The position numbers and the translations under genes were made by a program. This document shows, piece after piece, positions 9,524 to 18,987 of a stretch of DNA of 64,000 nt; within the stretch, counting starts at the first letter, position 1; the number at the start of each line of letters is the position of its first letter. This DNA comes from Bradyrhizobium sp. (GTDB lineage Bacteria; Pseudomonadota; Alphaproteobacteria; Rhizobiales; Xanthobacteraceae). The notes under the pieces are model-generated. The model saw only the letters and a list, made by a program, of their open reading frames with translations, made no database searches and was not told the origin of the DNA. The stretch spans positions 3,722 through 67,721 of the forward strand of contig NZ_JAUYQU010000288.1 of assembly GCF_030697065.1 (NCBI RefSeq). Reading direction: 5' to 3'.

Positions 9524-11113
9524 TTGATGAGGGCTGAAGGCATCGAGACGGTTCGGCGCATCCTGTGCGTATTCCCGCGCTATACTTCGTCTTTCGGCAC
9601 ATTCGAACATGCCTACCCGCTCACGGACGGCGTTCAGGCCTTCATGCCGCCACAAGGGCTGCTGCTGATCGCGGCCTATCTGCCCGAACACTGGCCGGTC
9701 CGCTTCATCGACGAGAATATCCGTCCCGCCTCGCAGGAAGACTTCGAATGGGCGGAAGCGGTGTTCGTCAGCGGCATGCACATCCAGCGTCAGCAGATGA
9801 ACGATATCTGCCGTCGCGCGCATGCGTTCGATCTGGCGGTTGCGATAGGAGGTCCGTCGGTCTCGGCCTGTCCGGAATACTATCCCTCGTTCGACTATCT
9901 TCATGTCGGGGAACTCGGCGACGCCACCAACGAGTTGCTGGTCCGGCTGGCGCGCGATCCCTCGCGGCCCGAGCAGCAGGTGGTACTGAAGACCGGCGAT
10001 CGTCTCGCCATGACCGAATTTCCAATTCCGGCCTACGAGCTCGCCGACGTCAAAAGGTATTTCCTCGGCAGCATCCAGTATTCCAGCGGATGTCCATACC
10101 AGTGCGAGTTCTGCGATATTCCTGGGCTCTATGGCCGCAATCCGCGCCTGAAATCGCCGCAGCAGATCATCGCCGAACTCGACAAATTGCTCGAATGCGG
10201 GGTAACGGGCTCGGTTTATTTCGTCGATGACAATTTCATCGGCAACCGCAAGGCGGCGCTCGATCTGTTGCCGCATCTGGTCGAGTGGCAGAAGAAAACC
10301 GGCTACGTGATGCGGCTCGCCTGCGAGGCGACGCTCAACATCGCCAAGCGGCCCGAGATTCTCGAAAAGATGCGCGACGCCTTCTTCGTCACCGTCTTCT
10401 GCGGCATCGAGACCCCCGATCCCGCGGCGCTGAAGGCGATGCAAAAAGACCACAACATGATGGTTCCGATCCTGGAGGGCATTCACACCATCAACAGCTA
10501 CGGAATGGAGGTCGTCTCCGGCATCATCATGGGGCTAGATACCGACAAGCCCGAGACAGCCGACGCCTTGCTGGCCTTTGTCGATGAATCGCAAATACCG
10601 CTATTGACCATCAATCTCCTGCAGGCGCTGCCTCAGACGCCGCTGTGGGACCGGCTCGAACGCGAGGGCCGGCTGATCCATGACGACGGCCGCGATTCCA
10701 ACGTCGATTTCCGGCTGCCCTATGACCAGGTCGTCAGTTCCTGGCGCAAATGCATGGAGATCGCCTACCAGCCCGAGAAACTCTATGCGCGCTATCAGTA
10801 CCAGTGCGATTACACCTATGCCAACCGGATCAAGGTGCCGGTCACGCCGGAGCAGAGGAGCTGGTCCAACATCAAGCGCGCGCTGATCATGCTGCGCAAT
10901 ATTTTCTGGAAGGTCGGCGTGCTCGGCGATTACCGCAAGGTGTTCTGGAAGTTTGCGTTAGGCCGGCTGCGCCATGGCGACATCGAGGGCCTGATCGCGT
11001 CGAGCATGATCGGACACCATTTGATCATGTTTGCGCGCGATGCCTCGGTCGGCCAGCAGAACGCCTCGAACTACTCGATCCGGCTGCGCGAGGCATCGGT
11101 CCCTGCCGAGTAA
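9524..11113 (+). CDS. hpnP: Hopanoid C-2 methylase (cobalamin-binding class B radical SAM)
   Basis: N-terminal RRILCVFPRY..SFGTF.H.YPL, AFMPPQGLL; B12-binding region; GCPYQCEFC (CxxxCxxC); C-terminal ASNYSIRLREA.VPAE matches HpnP as I recall it; adjacent to the hpn cluster. Confidence 0.9.
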   Translation: MMRAEGIETVRRILCVFPRYTSSFGTFEHAYPLTDGVQAFMPPQGLLLIAAYLPEHWPVRFIDENIRPASQEDFEWAEAVFVSGMHIQRQQMNDICRRAHAFDLAVAIGGPSVSACPEYYPSFDYLHVGELGDATNELLVRLARDPSRPEQQVVLKTGDRLAMTEFPIPAYELADVKRYFLGSIQYSSGCPYQCEFCDIPGLYGRNPRLKSPQQIIAELDKLLECGVTGSVYFVDDNFIGNRKAALDLLPHLVEWQKKTGYVMRLACEATLNIAKRPEILEKMRDAFFVTVFCGIETPDPAALKAMQKDHNMMVPILEGIHTINSYGMEVVSGIIMGLDTDKPETADALLAFVDESQIPLLTINLLQALPQTPLWDRLEREGRLIHDDGRDSNVDFRLPYDQVVSSWRKCMEIAYQPEKLYARYQYQCDYTYANRIKVPVTPEQRSWSNIKRALIMLRNIFWKVGVLGDYRKVFWKFALGRLRHGDIEGLIASSMIGHHLIMFARDASVGQQNASNYSIRLREASVPAE

Positions 11114-11119
11114 CCCGCG

Positions 11120-11920
11120 ATGGCTGTAACGGCGCCGCCGTCCCGTTCGCTGCGCGATTTGCGGAATCTGACCCCGGCGCGCGTCGGGCTCGGCCGGGCA
11201 GGAGCCGGCCTGCCGACCCGGGCGTTGCTCGATTTCACGCTCGATCATGCGCGGGCCCGCGACGCCGTGCATGCCGCCTTCGATGTGCCCGCCTTGATCA
11301 CGGGGCTCGGCGGCCTCGGGCTCGAAGCGCCCAGTGTGTCCAGCTGCGCGCGCGACCGTCGCGAATATCTGAAGCGTCCCGACCTCGGGCGAAAGCTCGA
11401 CCATGCATCGCGGCAGCTTCTGGCGAGCCGCAATGCCGGTACGTGCCGGCTGGCCGTCGTGGTCGGCGATGGCCTGTCGCCGACGGCGGTCAATGCGCAC
11501 GCCATTGCGTTGATGAGCAGCCTGATGCCGCGGCTGGCGGCCGGGCGAATCGACATCGGTTGCGCCGTGGTCGCCTCCGGCGCGCGGGTCGCGTTGGGGG
11601 ACGAGATCGGCGCCATTCTCGGTGCGCGCATGGTCGTGGTGTTGATCGGCGAGCGGCCCGGCCTGTCCGCGCCCGACAGCCTCGGCGCCTATCTGACCTT
11701 CGCGCCCCGGCCCGACGTCACCGACGCTGAGCGCAATTGCGTGTCCAGCATCCACGGCGCCGGGCTTGGCTACGATGAGGCGGCCTCGCGTATTGCCTGG
11801 CTGATCCGCGAGGGCCTGGCCCGGGAAGTCACCGGCGTCGCCTTGAAGGACGAGAGCGGCGGTCCGGCGCATAAGCGCATCGATACCCCTTCAGGCGGGC
11901 ATGAAAAATCCGTGATTTGA
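11120..11920 (+). CDS. eutC: Ethanolamine ammonia-lyase small subunit
   Basis: [77 protein letters not shown]. Confidence 0.95.
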   Translation: MAVTAPPSRSLRDLRNLTPARVGLGRAGAGLPTRALLDFTLDHARARDAVHAAFDVPALITGLGGLGLEAPSVSSCARDRREYLKRPDLGRKLDHASRQLLASRNAGTCRLAVVVGDGLSPTAVNAHAIALMSSLMPRLAAGRIDIGCAVVASGARVALGDEIGAILGARMVVVLIGERPGLSAPDSLGAYLTFAPRPDVTDAERNCVSSIHGAGLGYDEAASRIAWLIREGLAREVTGVALKDESGGPAHKRIDTPSGGHEKSVI

Positions 11921-12122
11921 AGGCCTTTATGGCCTCATACACGCCGATTTCGTGCCGGGTGTGCGCTTGCGAGATGCCGGACAGACCTGCTACACCTCAC
12001 GCGGCTAATTTACCGCATGATTTCAACGGCTAGCGCCGATCAGACGTGGCCGATTCAGTTTCCCCTCGCGCCCGACGAATCCAAGCTGGCCAGACTGAGC
12101 CGATGTGAGAACTGGACAGGAC

Positions 12123-14471
12123 ATGCTGGAGAGAAACCCGGTCGAAGCTGATGCGCAGACGCTGGAAAAGCCTCAGCTAAGCATCGCGTTTGGCCTCGAG
12201 CGCATGGGCCTCATCGCCATGCGCGCACCCATCCTGTCCTGCATCATCCTGTTAGCGATGGTGATCGGCGCCGTGTTCGGCATCCAGCGCATCAAGATCG
12301 ACGATTCGCTCAGTCAGTTGTTCCGTTCCGACTCCAAGGAATACCGGCAATACGAAGAGGTCACCAAGCGCTTCCCTTCGACCGAATTCGACGTGCTGGT
12401 CGTGGTGGAAGGCAAGACGCTGTTGCAGCGGGAAAACCTGGAGAAGATCCGCGACCTCGTCACGGATCTTCAACTCGTCGAGGGCACGCGCGGCCTGATC
12501 TCGCTGTTCTCGGCGCGTCAGGCGCCGGCGCCGGGCAAGCTGCCCGCGGCGCTGTTTCCGGCCGACCTGCCGAAGGGGGCCGACTACGACACGTTCATCG
12601 AAACCGTCAAGACCAACGAGATCATCCGCGGCAAGCTGTTGTCCGAAGACGGCACGCTGGCCCTGATCGTGCTATCGCTCGAGCCGTCGGTCGTCGGCAA
12701 CAACGGGCTGCAAAAGACCATCGGTGAAATCCGCAAGATCATGGCGACGGATCTCGCCGATACCGGGCTCAGCAAGGAGCTGTCGGGCGTCCCGGTCATG
12801 CAGCTCGAGATCCGCAACGCGGTCGAGCGCGACGGCCTGATCTACAACGTCGCCGGCATCCTGGCGGGATGCCTGATCGCGATCCTGTTCTTCCGCAAGA
12901 TCTCGTTCATGATCGTGGCGGCGTTCCCGCCGTTGCTCGCCATTCTGCTGTCGCTCGGCGCCCTCGGCTGGGCGGGATTCAGCCTCAACATGTTCCTCAA
13001 CGTGATGACGCCTCTGATCATGGTGATCAGTTTCTCCGATTCGATGCAGCTGACATTTGCCGCGCGCGACCGGCTGCTGGCCGGCGAGGATCGTTTTACC
13101 GCCTTCCGCAACGCCGTTCTCGTGGTCGGGCCGGCCTGCGTGCTGACCCATGCCACTGCTGGAATCTCTTTCCTGGCGCTGCAATTCTCGGATTCGGATC
13201 TGATCCGCACCTTCGGTGAAGCCGGCCTTGCGGCCACCATCATCGCGTTGATCGCGGTGCTGTCGCTGGTTCCGGTGTTCGGGGTGCTGCTGGTCCGCAA
13301 CGAACAGGTCTTTGCCGCCAAGTTCAAGGCGGCCGATGCCGGCGTCAACGCGCTGCGCGCCTTCTGCTACTGGATCGCGGTGCGCATGGTCAGCCGTCCC
13401 GGGCTGTTCAGCCTGATCGCGGTGGTGCTGGTCGGCGGTCTGGCCGCGATCTACGCCAATCTCGAACCGCGCTACCGGCTTGCCGATCAGGTTCCCGACA
13501 AGCAGCAGGCAGTGGCGGCCAGCGGCCGGCTCGACGCCAAGCTGACCGGCGCCAACCCGATCGACATCCTGATCGAATTCCCCAAGGGCGCGTCGCTGTA
13601 TGCGCCGGAAACCCTGCAAACCATCGCGGACGTTCACTCCACGGTCGAAAGCCAGGCCGGTGTCGGCAACGTCTGGTCTCTCGAGACGCTGCGACGCTGG
13701 CTGGCTGAAAAGGCCGGCAATTCCGATGTCGCGACCCTGAAGGAATATGTCAGCGTGATCCCGGAGCACCTGGTCCGGCGCTTTATCTCGGCCGATCAGG
13801 ATGCTGTGGTGGTTTCGGGCAGGGTGCCCGACCTCGATTCGAGTGCGATCCTGCCGGTCATCGACAAGCTGGACGGCGCCCTGAACGACGTCCGCAAGAA
13901 ACATCCGGGCTTTGAGATCGCCGTCACCGGCCTGTCGGCAATCGCGGCGCGCAACAGTGCCAACATGATCGGGAAGCTCAACGCAGCACTGACCATCGAA
14001 TTCGCGCTAGTCGCCGTGTTTATCGGGCTGGCGTTCCGCTCATGGGTCGTGATGTTCGCCTCCATCCTGCCCGGTATCTTTCCGGTGGTGCTTTCGGGCA
14101 CGGTGCTGTGGGCGCTGGGCGAGGGGCTGCAATTCGCCAGCGTCGTGGCGCTGACGGTGTCGTTCGGCCTCGGCCTCAGCGCGACCATCCACTTTCTCAA
14201 CCGGCTGCGGATGGAGACCACGCCGGGCATCGATCCGGCGCTGGCGGTCGAGCGCGCGACCGTGCTGGTCGGTCCGGCGCTGATTCTGACCACGCTTGTA
14301 CTGGCCTGCGGCCTTGTCGTGACGGTTTTTTCCGACCTGCCGTCCCTGCGCCTGTTCGGTTGGCTCAGCGCCTTTTCGATGGTCGCGGCACTGGTCGCGG
14401 ATCTCTTCATCCTGCGGCCGACGGCGATGTGGCTGATCAACATGTCGCAGCGGATTCGCGGGACTCGATAG
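12123..14471 (+). CDS. MMPL/RND-superfamily transporter (second hopanoid-locus RND, distinct from HpnN)
   Basis: About 780 aa with two repeats of TM1 + large periplasmic domain + 5 TM; ATG 12123 after GACAGGAC. Confidence 0.85.
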   Translation: MLERNPVEADAQTLEKPQLSIAFGLERMGLIAMRAPILSCIILLAMVIGAVFGIQRIKIDDSLSQLFRSDSKEYRQYEEVTKRFPSTEFDVLVVVEGKTLLQRENLEKIRDLVTDLQLVEGTRGLISLFSARQAPAPGKLPAALFPADLPKGADYDTFIETVKTNEIIRGKLLSEDGTLALIVLSLEPSVVGNNGLQKTIGEIRKIMATDLADTGLSKELSGVPVMQLEIRNAVERDGLIYNVAGILAGCLIAILFFRKISFMIVAAFPPLLAILLSLGALGWAGFSLNMFLNVMTPLIMVISFSDSMQLTFAARDRLLAGEDRFTAFRNAVLVVGPACVLTHATAGISFLALQFSDSDLIRTFGEAGLAATIIALIAVLSLVPVFGVLLVRNEQVFAAKFKAADAGVNALRAFCYWIAVRMVSRPGLFSLIAVVLVGGLAAIYANLEPRYRLADQVPDKQQAVAASGRLDAKLTGANPIDILIEFPKGASLYAPETLQTIADVHSTVESQAGVGNVWSLETLRRWLAEKAGNSDVATLKEYVSVIPEHLVRRFISADQDAVVVSGRVPDLDSSAILPVIDKLDGALNDVRKKHPGFEIAVTGLSAIAARNSANMIGKLNAALTIEFALVAVFIGLAFRSWVVMFASILPGIFPVVLSGTVLWALGEGLQFASVVALTVSFGLGLSATIHFLNRLRMETTPGIDPALAVERATVLVGPALILTTLVLACGLVVTVFSDLPSLRLFGWLSAFSMVAALVADLFILRPTAMWLINMSQRIRGTR

Positions 14472-14485
14472 CGAAAGCAAAAACA

Positions 14486-14518
14486 AAGCCCGGTTCTGAT
14501 AGAATCAGAACCGGGCTT
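14486..14518. terminator. Bidirectional intrinsic terminator
   Basis: Perfect 15-bp stem AAGCCCGGTTCTGAT-AGA-ATCAGAACCGGGCTT between convergent genes; T-rich tail on the minus strand. Confidence 0.85.
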
Positions 14519-14553
14519 GCTGGACGTTCGAGCGAAGCTGGAAGATGCGGCCG

Positions 14554-15072
14554 TCAGCCGCCCTTCGACATCGTGATGGTCACGCCCCTGATTTCGCCCT
14601 TGGAACTGATCTGCACCGTCTGCCTGTTACCGGTGGTCCGCAAGGTCAGATTTGCGGCGAATCCGGAAGCCTCCACGAACACGTCGATCTGGCCGCCGCC
14701 CGCGGTGCCCTGCAGGTTGCCGAAAATATTCCGGCTCTTCTCGCTCCAGTTGCCGGAAATGCGGTCGCCCTGGCTCGTGACATCGCTGCTCAGGACAAAC
14801 TTGTAGCTGTCGCTGGCGCAGTTGAGACTCTGCTTGAGCCCGAGCCCGTTGCCGTTGACCTTGTAGCTGGCCTTGCATCGGATGCGTTCGATCGTGCCAT
14901 CGGACAGCGCAACCGTGCCGTTGCCGCCCCATGATCCTTCGAAGCCGGCAAAGGGCCCCGATTGGGCATGACCTGCTGACACCGACAACATCAGTGCGGC
15001 GCCGATACCGGCAGCCTTGATCGCCTGTCCAAACGAGCCGGATCCGAACAACTTCATCGTGAACTTTCCCAT
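14554..15072 (-). CDS. Secreted hypothetical beta-rich protein
   Basis: Signal peptide ending GHAQ; mature part GPFAGFEGSWGGNGTV...ERIRC.A.Y....LNCASDSY is Gly/Ser/Thr-rich with two Cys. Exact start uncertain (several Met). Confidence 0.75.
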   Translation of the reverse strand: MGKFTMKLFGSGSFGQAIKAAGIGAALMLSVSAGHAQSGPFAGFEGSWGGNGTVALSDGTIERIRCKASYKVNGNGLGLKQSLNCASDSYKFVLSSDVTSQGDRISGNWSEKSRNIFGNLQGTAGGGQIDVFVEASGFAANLTLRTTGNRQTVQISSKGEIRGVTITMSKGG

Positions 15073-15327
15073 CTAAATTGACGTTCTGATACCAGAACCG
15101 TCGCGCCGCATCGAAGTTTTAGTGTCGCCGCAGTATGTTAGGTTCAAATGACAGGCTTGGCTGCTGCCCTGTCGCAGCATCGGTTGCCGGTATCGCTGGA
15201 CCGGCGGCGAAACCAAACGCTGATGATCTCACCAAGATTCGCTCGTGTTCCATGTAACTATTCGCGGGGGTCTCCCGCAACAGTCTATCGCGAAAAATAT
15301 CGGTCAACAAATAGATCATAGATATCA

Positions 15328-15353
15328 AACGGTTATGTCAGCAAATTGGTTCC
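15328..15353 (-). promoter_or_regulatory. Candidate EcfG (general stress response sigma) promoter
   Basis: Minus strand reads GGAAC (15353-15349), 17 nt, CGTT (15331-15328); points toward the 14554-15072 gene. Confidence 0.5.
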
Positions 15354-15512
15354 ATCAAGGCGGGTACAATTCCGAATCTGGCCGCCGCAAATTTGGCCGC
15401 AATTACCAGTGCTTCTGACTTCCTGATGTCGCGGTTCGCTGCGCCTGCGATCCGACCCTCCCGGCTTGTTGCCGGTGGGGATCGGAATTTCCAATCGCCA
15501 CAATGAAGGAAG

Positions 15513-15749
15513 ATGATGCGAAAATTTCTCGTTGCACTCACACTCTTGTCCGTATCGGTTCCGGCAGGCGCCATCGCCCAGCAGCGCGGCGGCACCCCGC
15601 AAGAGCAGGCGGCCTGTTCGCGCGACGTTCAGCGCCACTGCCGTCCGGTCATCGACCAGGGCGACTTCACCATCCTGGCCTGCCTGCAGCAGAACCGTCC
15701 CAAAATCAGCAAGGCCTGCGACCGGGTCCTGAAAAGCCACGGCCAATAA
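15513..15749 (+). CDS. Small secreted cysteine-rich protein
   Basis: 78 aa; signal peptide ending AIAQQ; four Cys (AACSRDVQRHC...ILACLQQN...ISKAC). Confidence 0.8.
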   Translation: MMRKFLVALTLLSVSVPAGAIAQQRGGTPQEQAACSRDVQRHCRPVIDQGDFTILACLQQNRPKISKACDRVLKSHGQ

Positions 15750-15835
15750 AACGGTCCGCGGCTGCGCCAATCGCTCCGCGGGCGTTTGCGGGGCTCGTTC
15801 GGACGCAGCGGAATTTGCGGTGAATCGCAGATAGC

Positions 15836-15864
15836 ATTGGTTTTGGCATCGTATTCCCCTATAT
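15836..15864 (+). promoter_or_regulatory. Candidate sigma70 promoter of the hpnCDE-shc-hpnG operon
   Basis: ATTGGT-N17-CTATAT, matching the rhizobial CTTGAC-N17-CTATAT spacing with a perfect -10; 82 nt upstream of hpnC. Confidence 0.4.
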
Positions 15865-15946
15865 GGGGTTCGCGATCGAGACGCATGAGCCGGCCTTGCC
15901 GGCACGTGCGTCGTAACCATGACCTGATGAATGTAGCCGGTTCCTG

Positions 15947-16825
15947 ATGACCAGTGCGAGCGAACTGCGATCCGGCAAGACTCATCGCGACGAGAACTTT
16001 CCGGTGGCGTCTTGGATCATTCACCCGCGGCACCGGGCGCTGATCCTCGCCTTCTACAATTTCGTGCGAACCGCCGACGACATCGCCGATCATGCGACGC
16101 TCGGCGCGCCGGAGAAGCTCGGGCTTCTCGATCTGCTCGAAGCGGAATTGCTCGGTAACGGCGATACCCAGAACGAGGCCGTCAATCTGCGCCACGCGCT
16201 GGCGGAGCGTTCGATGCCGCCGCGCCACGCCCTCGATGTTCTGATCGCCTTCCGGATGGACGTGACCAAGCTTCGCTATGAAAGCTGGGACGAGGTGATT
16301 CACTATTGCCGATACTCGGCGATGCCGGTCGGGCGCTTCATGCTCGATGTCCACGGCGAGAGCACCTCGACCTGGGCGGCATCGGACGCGCTCTGCGCCG
16401 GCCTGCAGATCAACAACCATCTGCAGGATTGCGGCAAGGATTTTCGCGATCTCAACCGGGTCTATCTGCCGCGCGATGCGCTCGCCGCCGCCGGCGCTTC
16501 CGTCGAGGAACTCGGACAAGCGCGGTCATCGCCGGCGCTGCTGCAGTGCCTGCATGCGCTGGCGGTGCGTACCGAGGCGCTTCTCGACGAAAGCAAATCG
16601 CTCGGCGCCGAAGTCAGGGATTTTCGCCTCGGGTGCGAGATCTCCGTGATCCAGGCGTTCGCCGACAAGATCGTCGGATTGCTGAAGGTGCGCGATCCGC
16701 TCAGCGAGAGGGTACATCTCGGCGCGCTCGAATTGCTCGCCCATAGCATCGGTGGGATCGCCAGCGAGATCAGCCGCCGCGCGGTGGGGCGGCGGCCCGT
16801 TTCCAAACCGGCGGCTGGCGCATGA
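15947..16825 (+). CDS. hpnC: Hydroxysqualene synthase HpnC
   Basis: KTHRDENFPVAS, FVRTADDIADH, YCRYSAMPVGR, LQINNHLQDC..D...L.RVYLP; first gene of the hpnCDE trio. Confidence 0.94.
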   Translation: MTSASELRSGKTHRDENFPVASWIIHPRHRALILAFYNFVRTADDIADHATLGAPEKLGLLDLLEAELLGNGDTQNEAVNLRHALAERSMPPRHALDVLIAFRMDVTKLRYESWDEVIHYCRYSAMPVGRFMLDVHGESTSTWAASDALCAGLQINNHLQDCGKDFRDLNRVYLPRDALAAAGASVEELGQARSSPALLQCLHALAVRTEALLDESKSLGAEVRDFRLGCEISVIQAFADKIVGLLKVRDPLSERVHLGALELLAHSIGGIASEISRRAVGRRPVSKPAAGA

Positions 16826-17661
16826 CGCTCGAGACCACGGCCACCAGCGCCAGTTACGGGACATCGGCGTCCGGCAGTTCGTTCTATGCGGCGATGCGCA
16901 TTCTGCCGCACGAGCAGCGCGAGGCTATGTTTCAGATCTACAGCTTCTGCCGGCAGGTCGACGATATCGCCGATTCCGACGGCCCGCGCGAAGCCCGGCT
17001 GGCCGCGCTGCAGCAGTGGCGCGACGATATCGACGCGCTGTATCAAGGCCAGCCACCGGCGCGGTTGCGCGACTACGTGGCGTCGGTTCGGCGATTTGGC
17101 CTCAGACGCGAGGATTTCCTGGCCATCGTCGATGGCATGGAGATGGACGTTCCGCAGGACATCAGGGCGCCGGATCTTGCGACACTCGATCTGTATTGCG
17201 ACCGCGTCGCCAGCGCGGTCGGACGGCTGTCGGTGCGGGTGTTCGGCCTCGCCGAAGCCGACGGTATCCAGCTTGCGCATCATCTTGGCCGTGCGCTGCA
17301 ATTGACCAACATCCTGCGCGATATCGATGAAGACGCCGGCATCGGGCGTCTCTATCTGCCGCTCGAGGGACTGCTGCATGCCGGCATCACCTCGACCGAT
17401 CCGGCGAGGGTCATCGTCGATCCGGCGCTGCCGAAAGTATGCGTGCCGCTGGTGGCGCGGGCGCGGATGCATTTCGAGAAGGCCGACGAGATCATGCGCA
17501 GCAATCCGCGGCGGGTGGTGCGCGCGCCCCGGATCATGTCGAAATATTATCGCGCGATCCTGGAGCTGCTTGTTGCCAGGGGGTTCGCCGTGCCGCGCGC
17601 GCCGGTCCGCCTCAACAAGATGGCCCGCATCATGATCCTCCTCCGATACGCGTTCATCTGA
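16822..17661 (+). CDS. hpnD: Presqualene diphosphate synthase HpnD
   Basis: SGSSFY.AMRILP, FCRQVDDIAD, YCDRVASAVG, LQLTNILRDIDEDA..GRLYLP; ATGA overlap with hpnC. Confidence 0.94.
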   Translation: MTLETTATSASYGTSASGSSFYAAMRILPHEQREAMFQIYSFCRQVDDIADSDGPREARLAALQQWRDDIDALYQGQPPARLRDYVASVRRFGLRREDFLAIVDGMEMDVPQDIRAPDLATLDLYCDRVASAVGRLSVRVFGLAEADGIQLAHHLGRALQLTNILRDIDEDAGIGRLYLPLEGLLHAGITSTDPARVIVDPALPKVCVPLVARARMHFEKADEIMRSNPRRVVRAPRIMSKYYRAILELLVARGFAVPRAPVRLNKMARIMILLRYAFI

Positions 17662-18914
17662 TGCAAAAGACCGTCCATATTGTAGGCGCTGGAATCTCGG
17701 GCCTGTCGGCCGCCGTGCGGCTGGCGAACGCCGATTACCGGGTGCACCTGCACGAGGCCACGCAGCAGGCCGGCGGCCGCTGCCGTTCCTATTTCGATGC
17801 GGCGACCAACCTCACCATCGACAATGGCAACCACCTGTTGCTCTCGGGCAACCGTGCCGCGGTCGACTACGCGAGGTCGATCGGCACCGAAGCTGGCCTG
17901 GTCGGGCCGAAGCGTGCGCAATTTCCGTTCGTCGATCTCGCGACCGGGCAGCGCTGGCAGCTCGATCTCGGCGAGAGCCGGCTGCCGCTGTGGATTTTCG
18001 ACGAGGCGCGCCGTGTCCCGGATACCGGCGTGCTCGATTATCTGGCATTGATGCCGCTGATCTGGTCAGCGCGGAGCAGACGGGTAGGCGACGCGATCCC
18101 GTGCGAGGGAACGCTCTATCAGCGGCTGGTACAGCCGCTGCTGTTGGCGGCGCTAAACGTCGACCCGCCGGAGGGGTCCGCGGGGCTCGCCGGCGCGGTG
18201 GTGCGCGAAACGCTGCTGGCGGGAGGCACGGCTTGTCGACCCCTGATCGCGCGCGACGGCCTCAGCGCGGTGCTGGTCGAGCCCGCGATCAAGCTGTTGC
18301 AGTCCAAGGGCGCCAGCATCTCCTTCGGGCATGAGCTGCGCGAATTCGCGGTTTCCGCGGACCGCGTCGGTGAACTTAAATTCGGCGCCGACAACGTTGC
18401 GGTGCAGCCCGGCGACGCCGTGGTGTTGGCGGTTCCGCCACGCCCTGCCGCCGCGCTGCTGCCTGGCCTGAAAACCCCCACCAAATACCGCGCCATCGTC
18501 AATGCGCATTTCCGCTTTGATCCGCCGAAGGGTCAGCCGGCTCTCCTGGGTGTGGTCGGCGGAATGGTGGAGTGGCTGTTCGCGTTTCCGCAGCGCCTGT
18601 CGGTCACCATCAGCAATGGCGACCGCCTGGTGGACATGCCGCGCGAGGAACTGGCACAGGCGATCTGGCGGGATATCTGCAAGGCGGCGGGCGTCGAGGG
18701 CGGATTGCCGGCCTGGCAGATCGTGCGCGAGCGACGCGCCACCTTCGAGGCCACGCCGGAGCAGAACGCACTGCGGCCGGGCCCTGTCACGGCCCACAAA
18801 AACCTGTTTCTTGCCGGCGACTGGACTGATACGGGGTTGCCGGCGACCATCGAGGGATCGGTAAGGTCGGGCAACCGCGCCGCCGATCTCGTCCTCGCCA
18901 TGCGCAAGGCCTGA
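17661..18914 (+). CDS. hpnE: Hydroxysqualene dehydroxylase HpnE (FAD-dependent)
   Basis: ATG 17661 overlaps the hpnD stop; VHIVGAGISGLSAA, GGRCRSY, DNGNHLLLSGN, LAGDWT.TGLPATIEGSVRSG. Confidence 0.93.
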   Translation: MQKTVHIVGAGISGLSAAVRLANADYRVHLHEATQQAGGRCRSYFDAATNLTIDNGNHLLLSGNRAAVDYARSIGTEAGLVGPKRAQFPFVDLATGQRWQLDLGESRLPLWIFDEARRVPDTGVLDYLALMPLIWSARSRRVGDAIPCEGTLYQRLVQPLLLAALNVDPPEGSAGLAGAVVRETLLAGGTACRPLIARDGLSAVLVEPAIKLLQSKGASISFGHELREFAVSADRVGELKFGADNVAVQPGDAVVLAVPPRPAAALLPGLKTPTKYRAIVNAHFRFDPPKGQPALLGVVGGMVEWLFAFPQRLSVTISNGDRLVDMPREELAQAIWRDICKAAGVEGGLPAWQIVRERRATFEATPEQNALRPGPVTAHKNLFLAGDWTDTGLPATIEGSVRSGNRAADLVLAMRKA

Positions 18915-18987
18915 GCGAAGGCCTGACCGGGGACGGCATTACCTCGGGTTTCCAGTGAGACCGGGCAGGGCAATATTGAGGTCGAAC

